This document shows positions 12,397 to 27,300 of a DNA stretch of 64,000 nucleotides, in pieces (the stretch's first letter is position 1; the number at the start of each line of letters is the position of its first letter). Both the position numbers and the translations under genes were made by a program. Under the pieces are notes generated by a model. The model made no database searches. It was given only the letters and a program-made list of their open reading frames with translations, and was not told the origin of the DNA. This DNA is from Eledone cirrhosa (taxonomy: Eukaryota), in NCBI GenBank assembly GCA_964016885.1, contig OZ024740.1, forward strand, positions 174,778,001 to 174,842,000, read 5' to 3'.

Positions 12397-13136
12397 TTCC
12401 CTTGCTTTTATCGAGAATATAATTGTAATACGTGACGTATTCTATTCTATAGCGATTATGTCTTCAAAATGTTTATTATAAACATACAGAATATTTTCGA
12501 ATATTCTATGTCTATATTCACATATATATCGCTATTTCAGAGCATTTCTTCCAATTTCTAATTTCTGCCGGACCGGCAACCGCTCTTTCAAACCAGTTCC
12601 TGTACACAGCTAAGTATTCTATAAGTCTCTAGCTGTGTCATTCTCGATAAAAGCACTGGATATGTAGTCCTGAAGATTTCTAACAAGAATGAAACGCGTA
12701 GATTACTTCCCTTGCTTTTATCGAGAATCTAATTGTAATACGTGACGTATTCTATTCTATAGCGATTAGGTCTTCAAAATGTTTATTATAAACATACAGA
12801 ATATTTTCGAATATTCTATGTCTATATTCACATATATATCGCTATTTCAGAGCATTTATTCCAATTTCTAATTTCTGCCGGACCGGCAACCGCTCTTTCA
12901 AACCAGTTCCTGTACACAGCTAAGTATTCTATAAGTCTCTAGCTGTGTCATTCTCGATAAAAGCACTGGATATGTAGTCCTGAAGATTTCTAACAAGAAT
13001 GAAACGCGTAGATTACTTCCCTTGCTTTTATCGAGAATCTAATTGTAATACGTGACGTATTCTATTCTATAGCGATTAGGTCTTCAAAATGTTTATTATA
13101 AACATACAGAATATTTTCGAATATTCTATGTCTATA

Positions 13137-13194
<58 letters not shown>

Positions 13195-13196
13195 AA

Positions 13197-13378
13197 TAAT
13201 TGTTTCTACTATTGGCACAAGGCCAGAAATTACCCAGTAGATTACTGGTACTTTATTTTATCGACCCCGTAAGGATGAAAGGCAAAGTTAACCTCGGCGG
13301 GATTTGAACTCAGAATGGCAAGGGCCGTAACTCTATGCGTCAAAGCATGGCGTCCGACCCTCTACCGATACTGCCAAA
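13197..13378 (-). mobile_element. tRNA-derived SINE with Meta/MESC-like central domain
   Basis: Reverse complement of TTGGCAGTATCGGTAGAG...GAGTTCAAATCCCGCCGAGGTTAACTTTGCCTTTCATCCTTACGGGGTCGATAAAATAAAGTACCAG. Many further copies, e.g. 17525-17690, 18865-19025, 23057-23300, 23616-23890, 32220-32430, 34030-34180. Confidence 0.85.
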
Positions 13379-13383
13379 TATAG

Positions 13384-13721
<338 letters not shown>

Positions 13722-14030
13722 AAGAAAGCTGGAAAGACATGTGTTTATTTGTGTCTTGAAAATGTACTTTTATTTCTTCATCACACCAAAAATATATTTT
13801 TTTGATTTTGTAATTCGGTTCATGTATAGCTGCAGTAATCCTTATATATGATTTTTTTTTTTTTTTAATAACGTTGCTATTAATAGGTTATGGCCATAAG
13901 GCAAAATTTAGAAACTTATGCCTTGCTATACCTCTGCTTGCTAAATCTCTACATTTAGTGGGATAACATATTATTGTCTCACCAGAACTAATTTTGCACC
14001 ATATGATCAGGCTTATATAAAATAACATAT

Positions 14031-14085
<55 letters not shown>

Positions 14086-14307
14086 CTCTCATAAATAATA
14101 TAATCCTCATGATTGGCTAAAAGAAATCTTTGATATTTCATTTTCAGGTATACATATAGTATACATATACACACCAGTAAGGCATTAAATTGATGGTATC
14201 ATCAGAACATCACTTTGAGTTCAAAACCGGTTGAGATCAACTTCGCTTGTCATCCGTTCAGGGTCAATATATAAAATACGAGCTCAGTACTGAGATTGAT
14301 TCTTTTT

Positions 14308-14357
<50 letters not shown>

Positions 14358-14626
14358 ATTATCTCACTTTCTCTCTCTGATGAAGGTACACATGTGCAGT
14401 TCCCATTTGTCTCAAGGTTTGTAATGGTTTATCTCATGTACTAGAAGCTCAATACGTTGAGTCCACGTTTTCTGTATAGTTGGCTCCAATATTCATTCCT
14501 CAATCTATTTTCTTTACATGTATGACTTCTGCATGTTTTTGGAACACTGTGCATTAGGAATTGCACTATTTCTAAAGTCTGATACTTTCTCCGCGGGGTA
14601 TTTTGATTTGTGTCTCAATATCTATT

Positions 14627-14756
<130 letters not shown>

Positions 14757-15404
14757 AAGAGGGGGGAGAAAGAGAGGCAGACGTACAGAGAGAGATAGAT
14801 TGATAGAAATATATAGATGTACATACATGTGTGATATATATTTTAAGCGAATTAATTTAATATCTTTATTTTATGTCATCTATTTATTTTACCGTCTCTT
14901 GTTGCATATGCTTCTTTGTGTTTCGTACATATTTTTCTCTGAAATCTTCATTTCTTCATCTTTGTAAATTAGATTAATGTATTCTGACCAACTTCCAAGA
15001 CTTCCAAGACTTCTGCTATATTGTTACATTGTTTTAATTGATGACCTCTTAATTGAAGAAGACTGCTTGCTATATAGTTTCTCGGTGTTCGTATGTAGGG
15101 TTTTCTTTTATTCACTCTTTATATGATGTAGGTTTATGTCATCCTATAATTTACTTAATGATGGTTGTTTCATTGTTTTAAATTTCTCCGCCATCAATTT
15201 ATTCTGATTCTTTCATAATCTTTTCCTTTTATCTGTGTTCTTTCTTCCATGTGTTCTAATATTTATTCTGTCATACAGTTCTTTTTTTTCCGCCTTTTAA
15301 TTGGAGTTTAATTTTTGCTTCTTTTGCAGACTTACATATCACACAAAGTAAAGGCGCACCCGACCTTGTGGTTAGGGTGTAGGACTCACGATCATAGAGT
15401 AGGG

Positions 15405-15612
15405 CAGGCATGATAAACATGCGGTCCACAGGCTACATGCGGCCCTTTACAAGCACACCTCCGGTCCGCATAAAGGTTTTTAACGCAAGCAGAGCATGTT
15501 TTATCTTCGTAAAATTAGTTGTAATGTGCGCAATTAGTTGTCGTGTGTGGCCCTCAAACAACACATATGTGACCCATGTGGCCCTCGGGGGACTCTCAGT
15601 TTCACATGCCTG
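15405..15612. mobile_element. hAT (Buster/Charlie-type) MITE inserted in a tRNA-SINE head
   Basis: TIRs CAGGCATGATAAAC / GTTTCACATGCCTG; 8-bp TSD GAGTAGGG / GAGTAAGG with central TA; subterminal ATGCGGCCC/GTGGCCC motifs. Confidence 0.8.
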
Positions 15613-16769
15613 GAGTAAGGAATTCGATGCTCAGACGTATGTTGTACAACTCACTTCATTTCACGTTGCTCCCTTTTAATCAACTGAAAGTTAGTACCAG
15701 CTGCAGGAGAAGGTCAACCGTGCGACAGACTGGCGCCCGTCTGAGTCAAGTCTTTTAGGAAAATGGCAAAAGACCACCACTCAGATCTTTGTAAATAATA
15801 AAATAGATAATAAAAATTAAAATAATGTTGCCAATTTGGACATTTAATTTGTTTTGTTTTTGTGTTGTTTTTTTATTTGACATTAAATCCCATAATAGAA
15901 GCTTGTAAAAATTATAAATTCATACTGTTTTAGCCTCAAAATATATTAAAGTCAGAAAATTGGATCAATAAAATTATCAAATTATTGTATTCCCATTTCG
16001 ATTCATAACATCGCACATAATGGACTTTTGTTCTCATGGATTGTAGTCAAATGAATACAATAGTAATTGTATTACAATTATAAATTAGTCCATGTTACAA
16101 AATCAATGACATTATATAAATACTTCCATTGATATGTAGATGATGTACATAATAGAATGTCGTGCCCTAGATGCCTTATGATCCGTTGTTCGCTGCCTTG
16201 TTGTTTGTTGTCCTAATTTTAAATCCCATCGGTGACGATTATTGCCCTTTTATCATTACGTGGATCGATGACATACCAAATAAATACGGGAATTGATCCA
16301 CTCAACTAAATAGCTATTGCAACATGTTATTTTTCTTTAAGCGTTAGAGCGTCGACATTTTAGCATTTGTTCTGGTTATCTACACTCTAAGTTCAAATCC
16401 AGCCGAGATCAAATTCACCTTTCATCTTTTCGGAGTTTCTCATTCATTACTCCAAAGAAATTCAGTGGTGCAATTTCAACTGAAAGTGAATATTCTTAGC
16501 TTGCTTGGTTCGGTTGGAGGGGAGATATAAAACTTGAGAGGAGGGTAGCTCCTTGTAATTTTCGAAATGTATGTGCGCCAGTAATCTTCCATTGTCTTCC
16601 AGAACCAATAATTATTTACATTCTCGACAAAAATGTACGTATTTCTCAAAGTCTGACATATATTTTATCGATCTTTTTTATCGAAATGATGAATTACAAA
16701 CAAAGACGCGGACACACTCAAACACACAAATATATAGAGAGATAGGGAGAGACAGAAAGAGAGAGAGAG

Positions 16770-16828
<59 letters not shown>

Positions 16829-18394
16829 GACGACGTGCTTAAAATTTCCGTTTACCAAATTTCATTCACAAGGCATTGGTCAAACCATGGCTGTAGTAGA
16901 AAACACCTGCACAAGCTGCTGGTTGAGCAGCTCAACTCCTTGGTCACACAGTCAACGCTTACATCTAAAAAAAAAACGACTTAAAACGATTTGTTTTTCT
17001 TTTAGAATCATAAAAGTAACACCCGATGTTTTACGATCTGCATGAAAGGATATGGTAACAATCGGGAATCGAAACCGAAAATATGAATAAATTGTATATA
17101 TGATGATAATTAGAGCGTACGTTATAAAGCCTTGTGGTATCAGTTCTGGATCTCTTCACACTGAATCCAAATCCTACCGAGTTCAACTTTGCTTTTCATC
17201 CTTTCATGGTCGATAAATAAAGTGCAAAACAAGGTTGGTTGAATGGCTGAACTATTAGAGCATCAAATGGGATGCCTTGTGGTATCTGCATCAGCTCTTT
17301 GCGTTCTGAGTTCAAATTTCGCCAATGATCAGGGCTAAACAATCGACCACGGGAGCACACTGTCCATCCAACAGTTGACCAGCGTGAACAGGTGGACCTA
17401 AGACAAATATAGATGTTGAACCTCTTTCAGCTGTAGATCGGAAATAGCCATATGGAATAGTGATGGTGACGGGGTAAATAAAATGACATATCTACGAGTT
17501 AACGAATGTTATAGTATATTTTGAACGGTAGATTGGCAGTATCAGTAGAGAGTCGGACGCCATGCTTTGACACATAGAGTTACGGCCCTTGCCATTCTGA
17601 GTTCAAATCCCGCCGAGGTTAACTTTGCCTTTCATCCTTACGAGGTCGATAAAATAATTGCTGACCTTGTGCCAAAAGTAGATACAGTTATAGTATATTT
17701 TTGAACAATTTTTACTTGTTTCTATCATTCAAATCATTCCAATTATTGTTTTTTAGCATAGGCCCAAGACCACATAGGGGTAAGGGAATAGTTGATTTTA
17801 TCGACTCCAGTACTTAACTCTTAATATTTTTAATTAATTCTGAAAGGATGAGATACAAAGTTGCTTATGATAGGATTTGAACTCAGTATGTAAAAGGTCA
17901 TAACTAAATACCATACGGCATTTTGTCCAATGCTCTACTGATTCTGCCAATTCATCACCCTGTATTAGCTACGATAACACGAACTAAGAAGATTACCTCT
18001 GCGATTACTGTTGGACCTGCTAGAAGTAGCAGCAAAATATCTCCGCCGTCAAATCACACCCCAACGTCATAAAGCAGAAAAAAGAACACATTTATAGTTC
18101 TAGATATCTCAAAAAAAAAGACGGGATGTCCATGGTCGGAATGCCTTTGGTCATAGACCTGCTCAATCATAAATGACCTGGAGATAAATAACAACCACAA
18201 TGAAAACAAAACCAACCATGAAAGAAATACCATCAATACAAACAGTTATCTAATAATTTCCGAGCTACATAATTATTTGATGTATGTATTCATTCAACTT
18301 GGTGGACCGAGAACAATGTCTCCTTCCCCCTTTATTTCTTTCCTTTACTTAAACTCTCTTTCTCTCTTTCTCTCTTTCTCTCTTTCTCTCTCCT

Positions 18395-18480
<86 letters not shown>

Positions 18481-20177
18481 ATGTACACACACACACACTT
18501 TCTCAAGTCCGCTTGCTCTTTAGGCTATACGGTAAATAATTTGGTGAGGTTCACTGGTATGTGCTATTATATCATTTAAATATATTCTACACCTCATAAT
18601 CTTTTAAATGTCCTTGACATACAAACGGTTCTTCTAATTCTACTACCATGGACTGGTTTAGACTCTGTTTCTATATTTTCATTCGTAGTCTAAATTATAA
18701 AAGAATTGCTAATGCACGTAGTATGGACTTGTAATTACTGATGGAGTTGTAGTGACGCCATCATGGCATATGATGTGTCTCGGGCATTGTAAACCTGATA
18801 GAGCCGGTTCTTCTCCATGTCTGAACAGAGAATGAAAGATAGTGATAGAGAAGAAGTTATAGAGGAAGAATCGATCTCAGTACTTGACTGATACTTTTCT
18901 ATCGACCATGAAAGGATAAAAGGCAAAGTTGATCTTGGCGGTATTTGAATTCAGAGCACAAAGCGACCGAACGAATACCACAAAACATTCTATCTGACGT
19001 TCTAACGGTTTTGCCAATTCACTGCTTTGAAGTACTAATATAACTACTAAATAAATATTTTCTCGAATCGTATTCATCCATAGGTGAGCGATGAAAGCTT
19101 TGACTTCAACAACGCAGCATTTCAATGGAGAAAGCAGCGCCGCGAGGAAACCACTTGAGCCCTTACAAACGAGAAAACTACAGGCAGAAGTGACAATATT
19201 TCTTTATCACAGAAAATTCCGCATAAGTTGGGCTCAATTCGTCGCTTTGCGGGACCTAATAATAACTCTCTTGTCCTGAATTATTTGGCTCAAGCGGTAT
19301 GATATGGTAAGGTCGGTTGGTGATGAAACTGCATGAAAAAAATGTCAGTGAATTGGTAAACTTTCGTTATAAACTGTCTGCGGAGCTCCACTCCAAAATT
19401 TCAACCAGGACTTTTTCTCTTAACCTTCTGATATACATTGGATTCGCAAGACAGTGAGACTATTTGACCCTTAGTTGGTGGTTTGTGAATAGCTGTCATG
19501 TGTGACAGCCTTACGGCAAAATCATTGGGGTTTGGATTTGGAATTGTCAATCTAGATGGATGATCTGGCTAGAACTAGGAGTCCAACTCTCAAAGTAGTT
19601 TTATTGTGCGCTCGGTCACCAATTCGATTATTTCTATGTCCCCCGAAAACTATTGGTAGATAGCCGGCCGTCCCCACACATCGTCAATCATACTGAATTC
19701 GTTCAGCTTTTTGACAGGTCTTACTTTCGTTTTGCTGGGTTTCTAGGACCCTTATCACAACATTAGCCTCTTTCAAGTCAACGACGAACACGTTGTTCTG
19801 AATTACAAGTTGCCAGTAGCACTCTTGGGTCAGCCGACACTCTCGAATAATGCTTTATAGTGCTGAATACCTGAAACATATATCACCACGTTGGAGGATA
19901 AACAGGCCAATACAGATAAGATAATAATAATAACAAAGAAAGTTTTGATTGGTTCCCGTAAATTCGATATGCCAGTATCCTGCTTTGTTGCCGGTCGATC
20001 AAACCTGACAGAGGCAACTAGCAACAGCACCACCGCATCACCTTCATCATAACAATCACCGCTACGCTCAATAAGACTACATTTGACCATGTGAGTACAT
20101 GTAAGCATGCATGCGAATGCAGCCCAAAGAATACAAAATGTCGACATTTAATAATTTAGCCTCTATTATCTCCCTCT

Positions 20178-20265
<88 letters not shown>

Positions 20266-20669
20266 TTGCTCTCTCTTACTCTCTCTCTCTCTTTCTCTCT
20301 GCTCTCTTGCTCTCTCACTGCACCCCCTTTCTCTCTCTCTCATTCTCTTTATCCCCCTTTCGATCTATCGACTATCTTCTCTGCTCGCAGTAGTCTGTTG
20401 AAGAGAAGAGTCGATCAGCTGTACTATAAAACACACATCTTGAAATGCCGAGACTTTGGTAATTTTCCAATTACTCTGCCATAGACCTATCGATTTTAAC
20501 TGTGTATATTGGTAGTCTGCAAGGAAATGTTCCGATGCCAAACCAATCGTCACAACAGCAATACCGTTGAATGCAAGCCTATAGAGAAATATTCAAAAAT
20601 AGTCAGCCAATGTTGAGATATAGCATTTGATCTACATATATTTACTCATGACGATACATTGAGAGATAG

Positions 20670-20724
<55 letters not shown>

Positions 20725-20830
20725 GTGTGTGTGTGTGTGTGTAAGTGTGTGTGTGTGGGTGGGTGTGGGTATAAATGTGTGTGTGGGTGTGGGTGTGTGT
20801 GTGTGTGTGGGTGTAAGTGTGAATGTGTGG

Positions 20831-20889
<59 letters not shown>

Positions 20890-21039
20890 TGAGCGTAGAA
20901 GAGTGTAGATGAAAAAGGAAGAGAGTATACAAGTTGCGGTGCTTATACATTCATTTAATAGCAGCTAAATCTCCACTTTGTTACGACGTCAAGTTTCTGG
21001 TTAGGTGTTTCATATCGCGTAAGCACATGCGCATGTAAG

Positions 21040-21126
<87 letters not shown>

Positions 21127-22137
21127 ACACACACACACACGCACGCATGCACGTGATGCTCGCATGCATATATGTAATAAGTAGGCAGTGCTTACTCTGA
21201 CTAAAGATATCAATATTAATTATTAAAACATAAAATGTAAAAAATTTGTACAAAATGCCTGTGATGAGTAATTACGGCGTTTTACGTCCTAACTTCAAAT
21301 CCTGTCATAATCAACTTTGCTTTTCCTTCTTTGGAGGTCGATAATATAAAGCACCAGTCAAAACCCAAATTGAGATCAAGCCTTAGCTACTGAATACAAC
21401 TCTCCTCTCATGCTCCTACTTACACAACCAGTAACTGCATTCATTTCTCCTTCACTTCCACCCTATCACTCGACCTCTACAACGCGGCGTTCTCTGCAAT
21501 TGCTGTTTTCCGGTAATTTGTTCCAGCTATTTCTCCCACATTCTGGAATTCACCTATCATCACATACGCAATCTTCTGGTCAGAAGTTCCATCGCTTCTT
21601 CTGCTCATTCTACCAGGATCATCTGCTTCTTCTGGCTCTCATTGTAACACTGGTTATTTTATTCCTAATGTTACTATGTTGAACGAACCTAGGTCTATCT
21701 AAGTCATGGGCCGTTTCAGCTGTACCTCTGGTCATGCTAGTTAATACCTAAAATGCCAACTTTTCAGTGCTTTGTAAATAGATGAGACTAATTTCTTTTC
21801 AGTTCTATTGCTTTCCGACTCAAGTCCCCCAGCTCTTCTAAAGCTGTTGCACTGTATTTCAACACTATTGGTCACTTCCACTACCACATGTATGTCTACA
21901 AAAGCACCAGGTCACCACTACCACCACGAGTAAAAATAATTATTTATCTGTTAAGGATTTTCTCCCGCGCTGAAAAACCGACTCATTTTCTTTTAATTCC
22001 TACCTTTCAATTCTTCAACTCCTTGCTCATACAGACGTGCTCATACTCGCACAATATTCCACTTGCACATACATACATACATACATACATACATACATAC
22101 ATACATACATACATACATACATACATACATACATACA

Positions 22138-22488
22138 TGATGGCTGCCCCCTCGTTATCGAGTATGGCCATTGCACAATATAACATTATCAATAATTATC
22201 AATTAATGCTATCGTGCAATGCCTGTGCGTGAAGATTTATTTTTAAAGTTGGGAAAGACTGTGCACTGAGCCAATTCCACTCTCTGAGCGACAGTAGCTA
22301 TAACCGGAAAAGAAGAAAAGATCAACACTATCGGTAACTACTGAGCCGCAGGTTTTATGTCGGAGTTATCCCAGTTTCCTGCGTTGCCTTCTCCTAGACG
22401 AATGCCCTGACAAAGGCTAGAGGTCCTTCACTCCCAATGGTTTAACTGTGTGATCGGGTATCCAGCCCGGTTATTTCTATATCCCCGC
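22138..22488 (-). mobile_element. Diverged subfamily of the (TATG)n-tailed retroposon
   Basis: Begins ATGATGGCTGCCCCCTCGTTATCGAGTATGGCCAT; shares TTCTCCTAGA...GACAAAGGCTA with the 8597 family; (CATA)n on both sides. Confidence 0.75.
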
Positions 22489-23238
22489 ACATATACATAC
22501 ACATACACACATACATACATACATACATACATACATACATACATACATACATACATACATACATACATACATACATACATACATACATACATACATACAT
22601 GTGTGCTCACACACGATGACTAAGATCCACCTGCTACTGCTGCTAATTATGAAGGGAGAGTAAGGACGAAGAGATATAATTAAATGTTTTTTTTAAATAT
22701 TAATTTGGTAGTGGGGGAGTGATGCTTATAAGGGAATCGTGGGAATGTGTGTCAGTATGCGCGTGAGTGTGTGCACATTTTTTAAAGTTTTAGTGTAGAG
22801 CTGAGAGAAGGAAATAATATAGCGGGACAAAGTAACTGGACGAGAAGAATTATTTAATAGAAAGTCAGTAGGGAAAGAAAGGAAGTTATATCACTGAAAT
22901 AAGGGCAGCTGTGTGTAAGGTCGATATAAGGGGTATGGACATGCTTCAACATGCTGGTGCGCACGCGCATATTTATCCTGGCTCTCTCACAAGTGAAAAG
23001 GTTGAAGGAAAGCTTTATAAATGAGTTATGTTTGAATAGGATTATAAAAGGCCCAAGGGCGGTGGATTGGCAGTATCGGTAGAGTCAGTCACCATGCTTT
23101 GCAGCATAGAGTTATGGTTCTTTACGGTCTGCTTTCAAATCCCGCCGAGGTTAACTTTACCTTTCATCCTTACGGGGTCGATAAAATAAAGCACCAGTAA
23201 CGTACTGGGGTCGATTTAATCGACCCCCGCCCCCTCTC

Positions 23239-23269
<31 letters not shown>

Positions 23270-24255
23270 CTGACCTTGTGCCTATACTAGGAATCATTAT
23301 AAAAGGCCAAATCGTTCGTTTACGCCTGTTGAAGAAGTAACGATAAATCGATTCCCCTTGCGTTTACGGGAATACCAAGTCCGCTGTGTGTAGAAACTCG
23401 TGACACTGAGAGGAGTTAGTCACTGGGAGTGGCTGGATGAATTAAAACGTTGGGCTATTAGTTTGCCTTGTACAGTACTTACTGAGACATCTGCGGTAAT
23501 GCAACTGAAAGTTTTAATGTCTTGATAATGGAATGTTGAACTGATTAATCCTGTAATGTTAGAAATGGACTGAAGGACAGTGTCGGACAAAATGCTTAGC
23601 GTTATTTATGTTTGAGGGCGGTGGATTGGCAGTATCGGTAATGGGTCGGACGCCATGCTTTGCAACATAGAATTACGACCCTTTGCGGTCTGAGTTCAAA
23701 TCTCGCCAAAATTATTTCTTCTTCTTGAGGGTCGGACGCCATGCTTTCCAGCATAGTTACGTTCCTTTACGTTCTGAATTCAAATCCGGCCGAGGTTAAC
23801 TTTGCCTTTCTTCCTTACGGGGTCGATAAAATAAAGTACCAGTAATGCACTGGGATAATTGCTGGCCTTGTGCCAAAGGTAGAAACAGCTATTTATTCCA
23901 GCTCTTTAACATTCTGTGTTCAAATTCCTCCGAAGTAAACTTTGCATTTTATCCTTCCGGGATCGATAAGATAAAATACCAGTCACGTACTGAGGTTGCC
24001 TTTCCCCAAAATTTACTGCGTTTATGCCTAAATTAGAAATTGATATTAGAAATGAAGTGATAAATGCTACAAGAACGACGAGTGCATTGGAGTGAGTCTG
24101 GATGGGTAAGGGAGCTAAGGGACTTCTAAACAAAGTTAGAAGAGAATCCGAAATCTTTTCACGTAATTCCGAATTCTATTCTTCAGTAAACATCAACTTG
24201 AGAAGTTGTCTTTTATTGCTTCAAGTAAATCAAAATGTATGTATGTATGTATGTA

Positions 24256-24334
<79 letters not shown>

Positions 24335-24355
24335 ATGTATGTATGTATGTATGTA

Positions 24356-24390
<35 letters not shown>

Positions 24391-27300
24391 TTTCTCTTTC
24401 TCTTAATTTTGAGTATATTTTTTGACCGGCCACCTTCCTGGTGGCAAGGTTGTAAAAGAAAAGAAATTGTCATCCCTTGAATCGCAAGAATGTTTTGCAA
24501 ATTTTGAAGGTGCCAGCTATCGCAGCCATTTGTAGACTATGAATTAGGGAGCTGCGCTTTTTGTCCGCAAATCCAAGTTCAGTCATACTTTGGTCCAAGC
24601 GGGTTGGTATATAACCAGTAGCACTAATAATGATGGGTATGAAGCTAAAGGTGTATCTTGGATACTGGATTTGTAAACTCCTCATCAATGGTCCGTAGAT
24701 GTCCTCCTTCTCCTGTATTTTTCTGACAACGTTTACATCAAGTGGGCAGCTGATCTCCACAACAGAACACGTTTTCAATGTGTGGTCCCAAACTACAATA
24801 TCAGGCCGGTTGTGCTTTAATTTGGTGGCAGTTTTTTATTTTCAGGTTCCACCAGTATTCCTTAGTGCCATCTGTCTCAATATATTCTTCCTCGTTTGTT
24901 GTTGATTTTGTTTTCCGAAGTGCGTTCCAGATGGTTCTAGCTATCCCATCGTGTCTCGTGGGGAGGTAGTAGCGAGATGACATTCTTTCGCAGCTGGCAA
25001 CAATGTGGCTTACATCCTCGATCTTTGTTTTACATAGCCTACATTTATTGTCAGCTGCTGGCCCTCCTCTTTTGTGCAGCAGATATTTGGTTGGGAGTTC
25101 TTGTTCCTGTATTGCATAGAGATATCCCTCAAGGTGTGATGTCATAAACTTGTCGGAACTCCATGCCAGGCTTTTTGAGTGGTTTATCCCCTCTATGGTC
25201 TGTGTTTTACGCCTCAAGTATCCATGCACAACTTTTTCTGTAAATTGGTCAATTTTTTTTTTCTTGTTTGAACATTGAATAGGATCTTCCGATTTCTCTG
25301 GGTGAGAGATTTATATCAGGCTTTATTCCATATCTCTCCTCCAGATCAGTCGCTATTCTAATGATATTTCTTTTTTCATGGTCATAAACCTGGGCAAGAT
25401 GGTTGCCAACCTTTTTCCTCTGTTGAAGGTGTTGCTTCAGTGTCACTATCCGGGTCTCATATGTTGTTAATATTGATTTTAGACCCCGGCCACCTTCCTT
25501 GCGTGAGAAGTATAGCCTATCCACATCACCATTGATGTTAAAGTTCCCAGTAACACTGAGAAGTTTTCGAGTTCTAACATCCATCTCACTTAGTTCTTGC
25601 AATGACCAGTTCAGTAGGCCAAATGTTGGCGTTAGAATTGGCACAGCATAAGTATTGTGGGCAATGTATTTGTTGTATGCTGACAGTTCTGATGACCATA
25701 TTTTCTTTACTCTTCTGAGGTATTCAGTTCTGGTTCTCTCCTTATTTATGGGTCCATCATATCTGACATTCTCATCCTGTCCAAGATATCTGTAGTTGTC
25801 ACCTGACTGCAGAGGTTGTATTGTCAGGCCGTTCATCTCTAGATTTCTAGAGGAGAGCACAGCTCTTCCACGTTTTACTGCCAAATATGCACACTTGGAC
25901 TCACCAAATTTCATTTTGATGTCGGTTGAAAATTGTGTAATGAGGTCCAATTGTTTCTTGATGTCATTGATATTTGGCCCATACAACTTCAGGTCATCAA
26001 CAAAGAAAAGATGGGAGATACTTCTGGTCCCACTTCTTTGTCGACCTTGTTTCCTGAGTAGGTAAGATAGTGGATTCAGTGACAGAACGAAGAGTAGCAC
26101 TGACAAGCTATCACCCTGAAAGATGCCCTTCTGGTAATGTATCTTATCAGTCTTAACCTGCTCCTTCTCACCTCTAAGGATCAAACTGGTGTACCAGTTC
26201 TTGGTCAGGCGTTCAACAGCAGCTACCAATGGTTGTGGGACTTTAGCTAACTGTAAAGCCTTAACAATCCACCCATGAGGTACACTATCAAATGCTTTTT
26301 GATAGTCCAGCCACACGACAGTCATGTTTCTGCGATTCTTTGTTGTTTTTTCCTGAATCATTTTGTTAGTTAGTAGGTGATCTATGCAACCCCACACCTC
26401 CCTCTTTCCACCAGCTTGCTCAGGTGTTATGATGTTGTTGGTAGCACAGTGATCCTGTAAGAACAGGTTAAGGCACCCAGTATATAATTTATACATGATG
26501 TTTTGGCAGGCAATTGGGCGGTAATTTTTAGCAAGGGTGGTTTGGCTATTTTGGGGAATGAGGAGAGTAGAGGCAGTTGATAACCATCTGGGCAGTTCTT
26601 GTGTGCCCTTAATGGTTTCTGTAAACAGTCGTATGAGATCTTGCCGATAGAAAGTGAAATTCTTCAACCAGTATCCTGTAATGAGGTCTGGGCCTGGCGA
26701 TTTCCTATTCGACATTTTCTGTAGAGCTGTTTCCAGTATTGACCCATCTATGTCATATTGTTTTGTCTGGACATGTTGGCAGTAGTCCTGTTCCAGTTAT
26801 TTTAGCCAATTAGCTTGTCTGTTGAATCCGTCATCCGTTTCCCATACAGATCTCCAGTAGCTCTCAACCTGTTCTTTTGAAGGGGTGTCATTTACAGAGA
26901 TTGAGCTTTTGCCACCGAAGCTGCGATAAACTGATTTAGGATCTCTGGCAAACAATCTATTTAGCACTTGTCGTTTATGTGCTGTTGACTTATATTTTAG
27001 TCTTTCTGTTGTAGCTGTGAGTTGTTGTTTCAACTGGTGTAATTTGGAGTTCAAAGTTTTAAATTTTGTATCTCCAAATCTTCTCTCTAACATTTTCTTT
27101 AGGTCTTCCTGGTGTTGTGTGAAGTTGCTCTCTATGTTGCATTTCATAACGACTGCGATGTGTGAGATACTTCGTCTCAGGGACAAAATTTTGGTTTTTA
27201 AATTTCGCATCCACGCTGGTTCAGGCTTTCTGTTTGTATCTTGATTGCGTGGTTTTAGATGTGTGTTATATGCTAGCAATGTGACAGCTGAAACATATAA

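Larger units (their letters stand above)
10975..13140. repeat. 310-bp HHR-containing tandem array (retrozyme-like), ~3.6 copies followed by ~3.4 inverted copies
   Basis: Unit starts at 10975, 11285, 11595, 11905; junction TAAAGACC at 12089-12096; reverse-complement arm 12097-13140; (TA)n on both flanks. Confidence 0.95.

Noticed and set aside
10975-13140. CRISPR-like or centromeric satellite interpretation
   Set aside because: No unique spacers and only ~7 units; each unit carries an HHR and the array is inverted midway.
19080-19830. Possible decayed Tc1-like transposase (minus strand PNPNPNDFAV)
   Set aside because: One weak motif only, no TIRs found.
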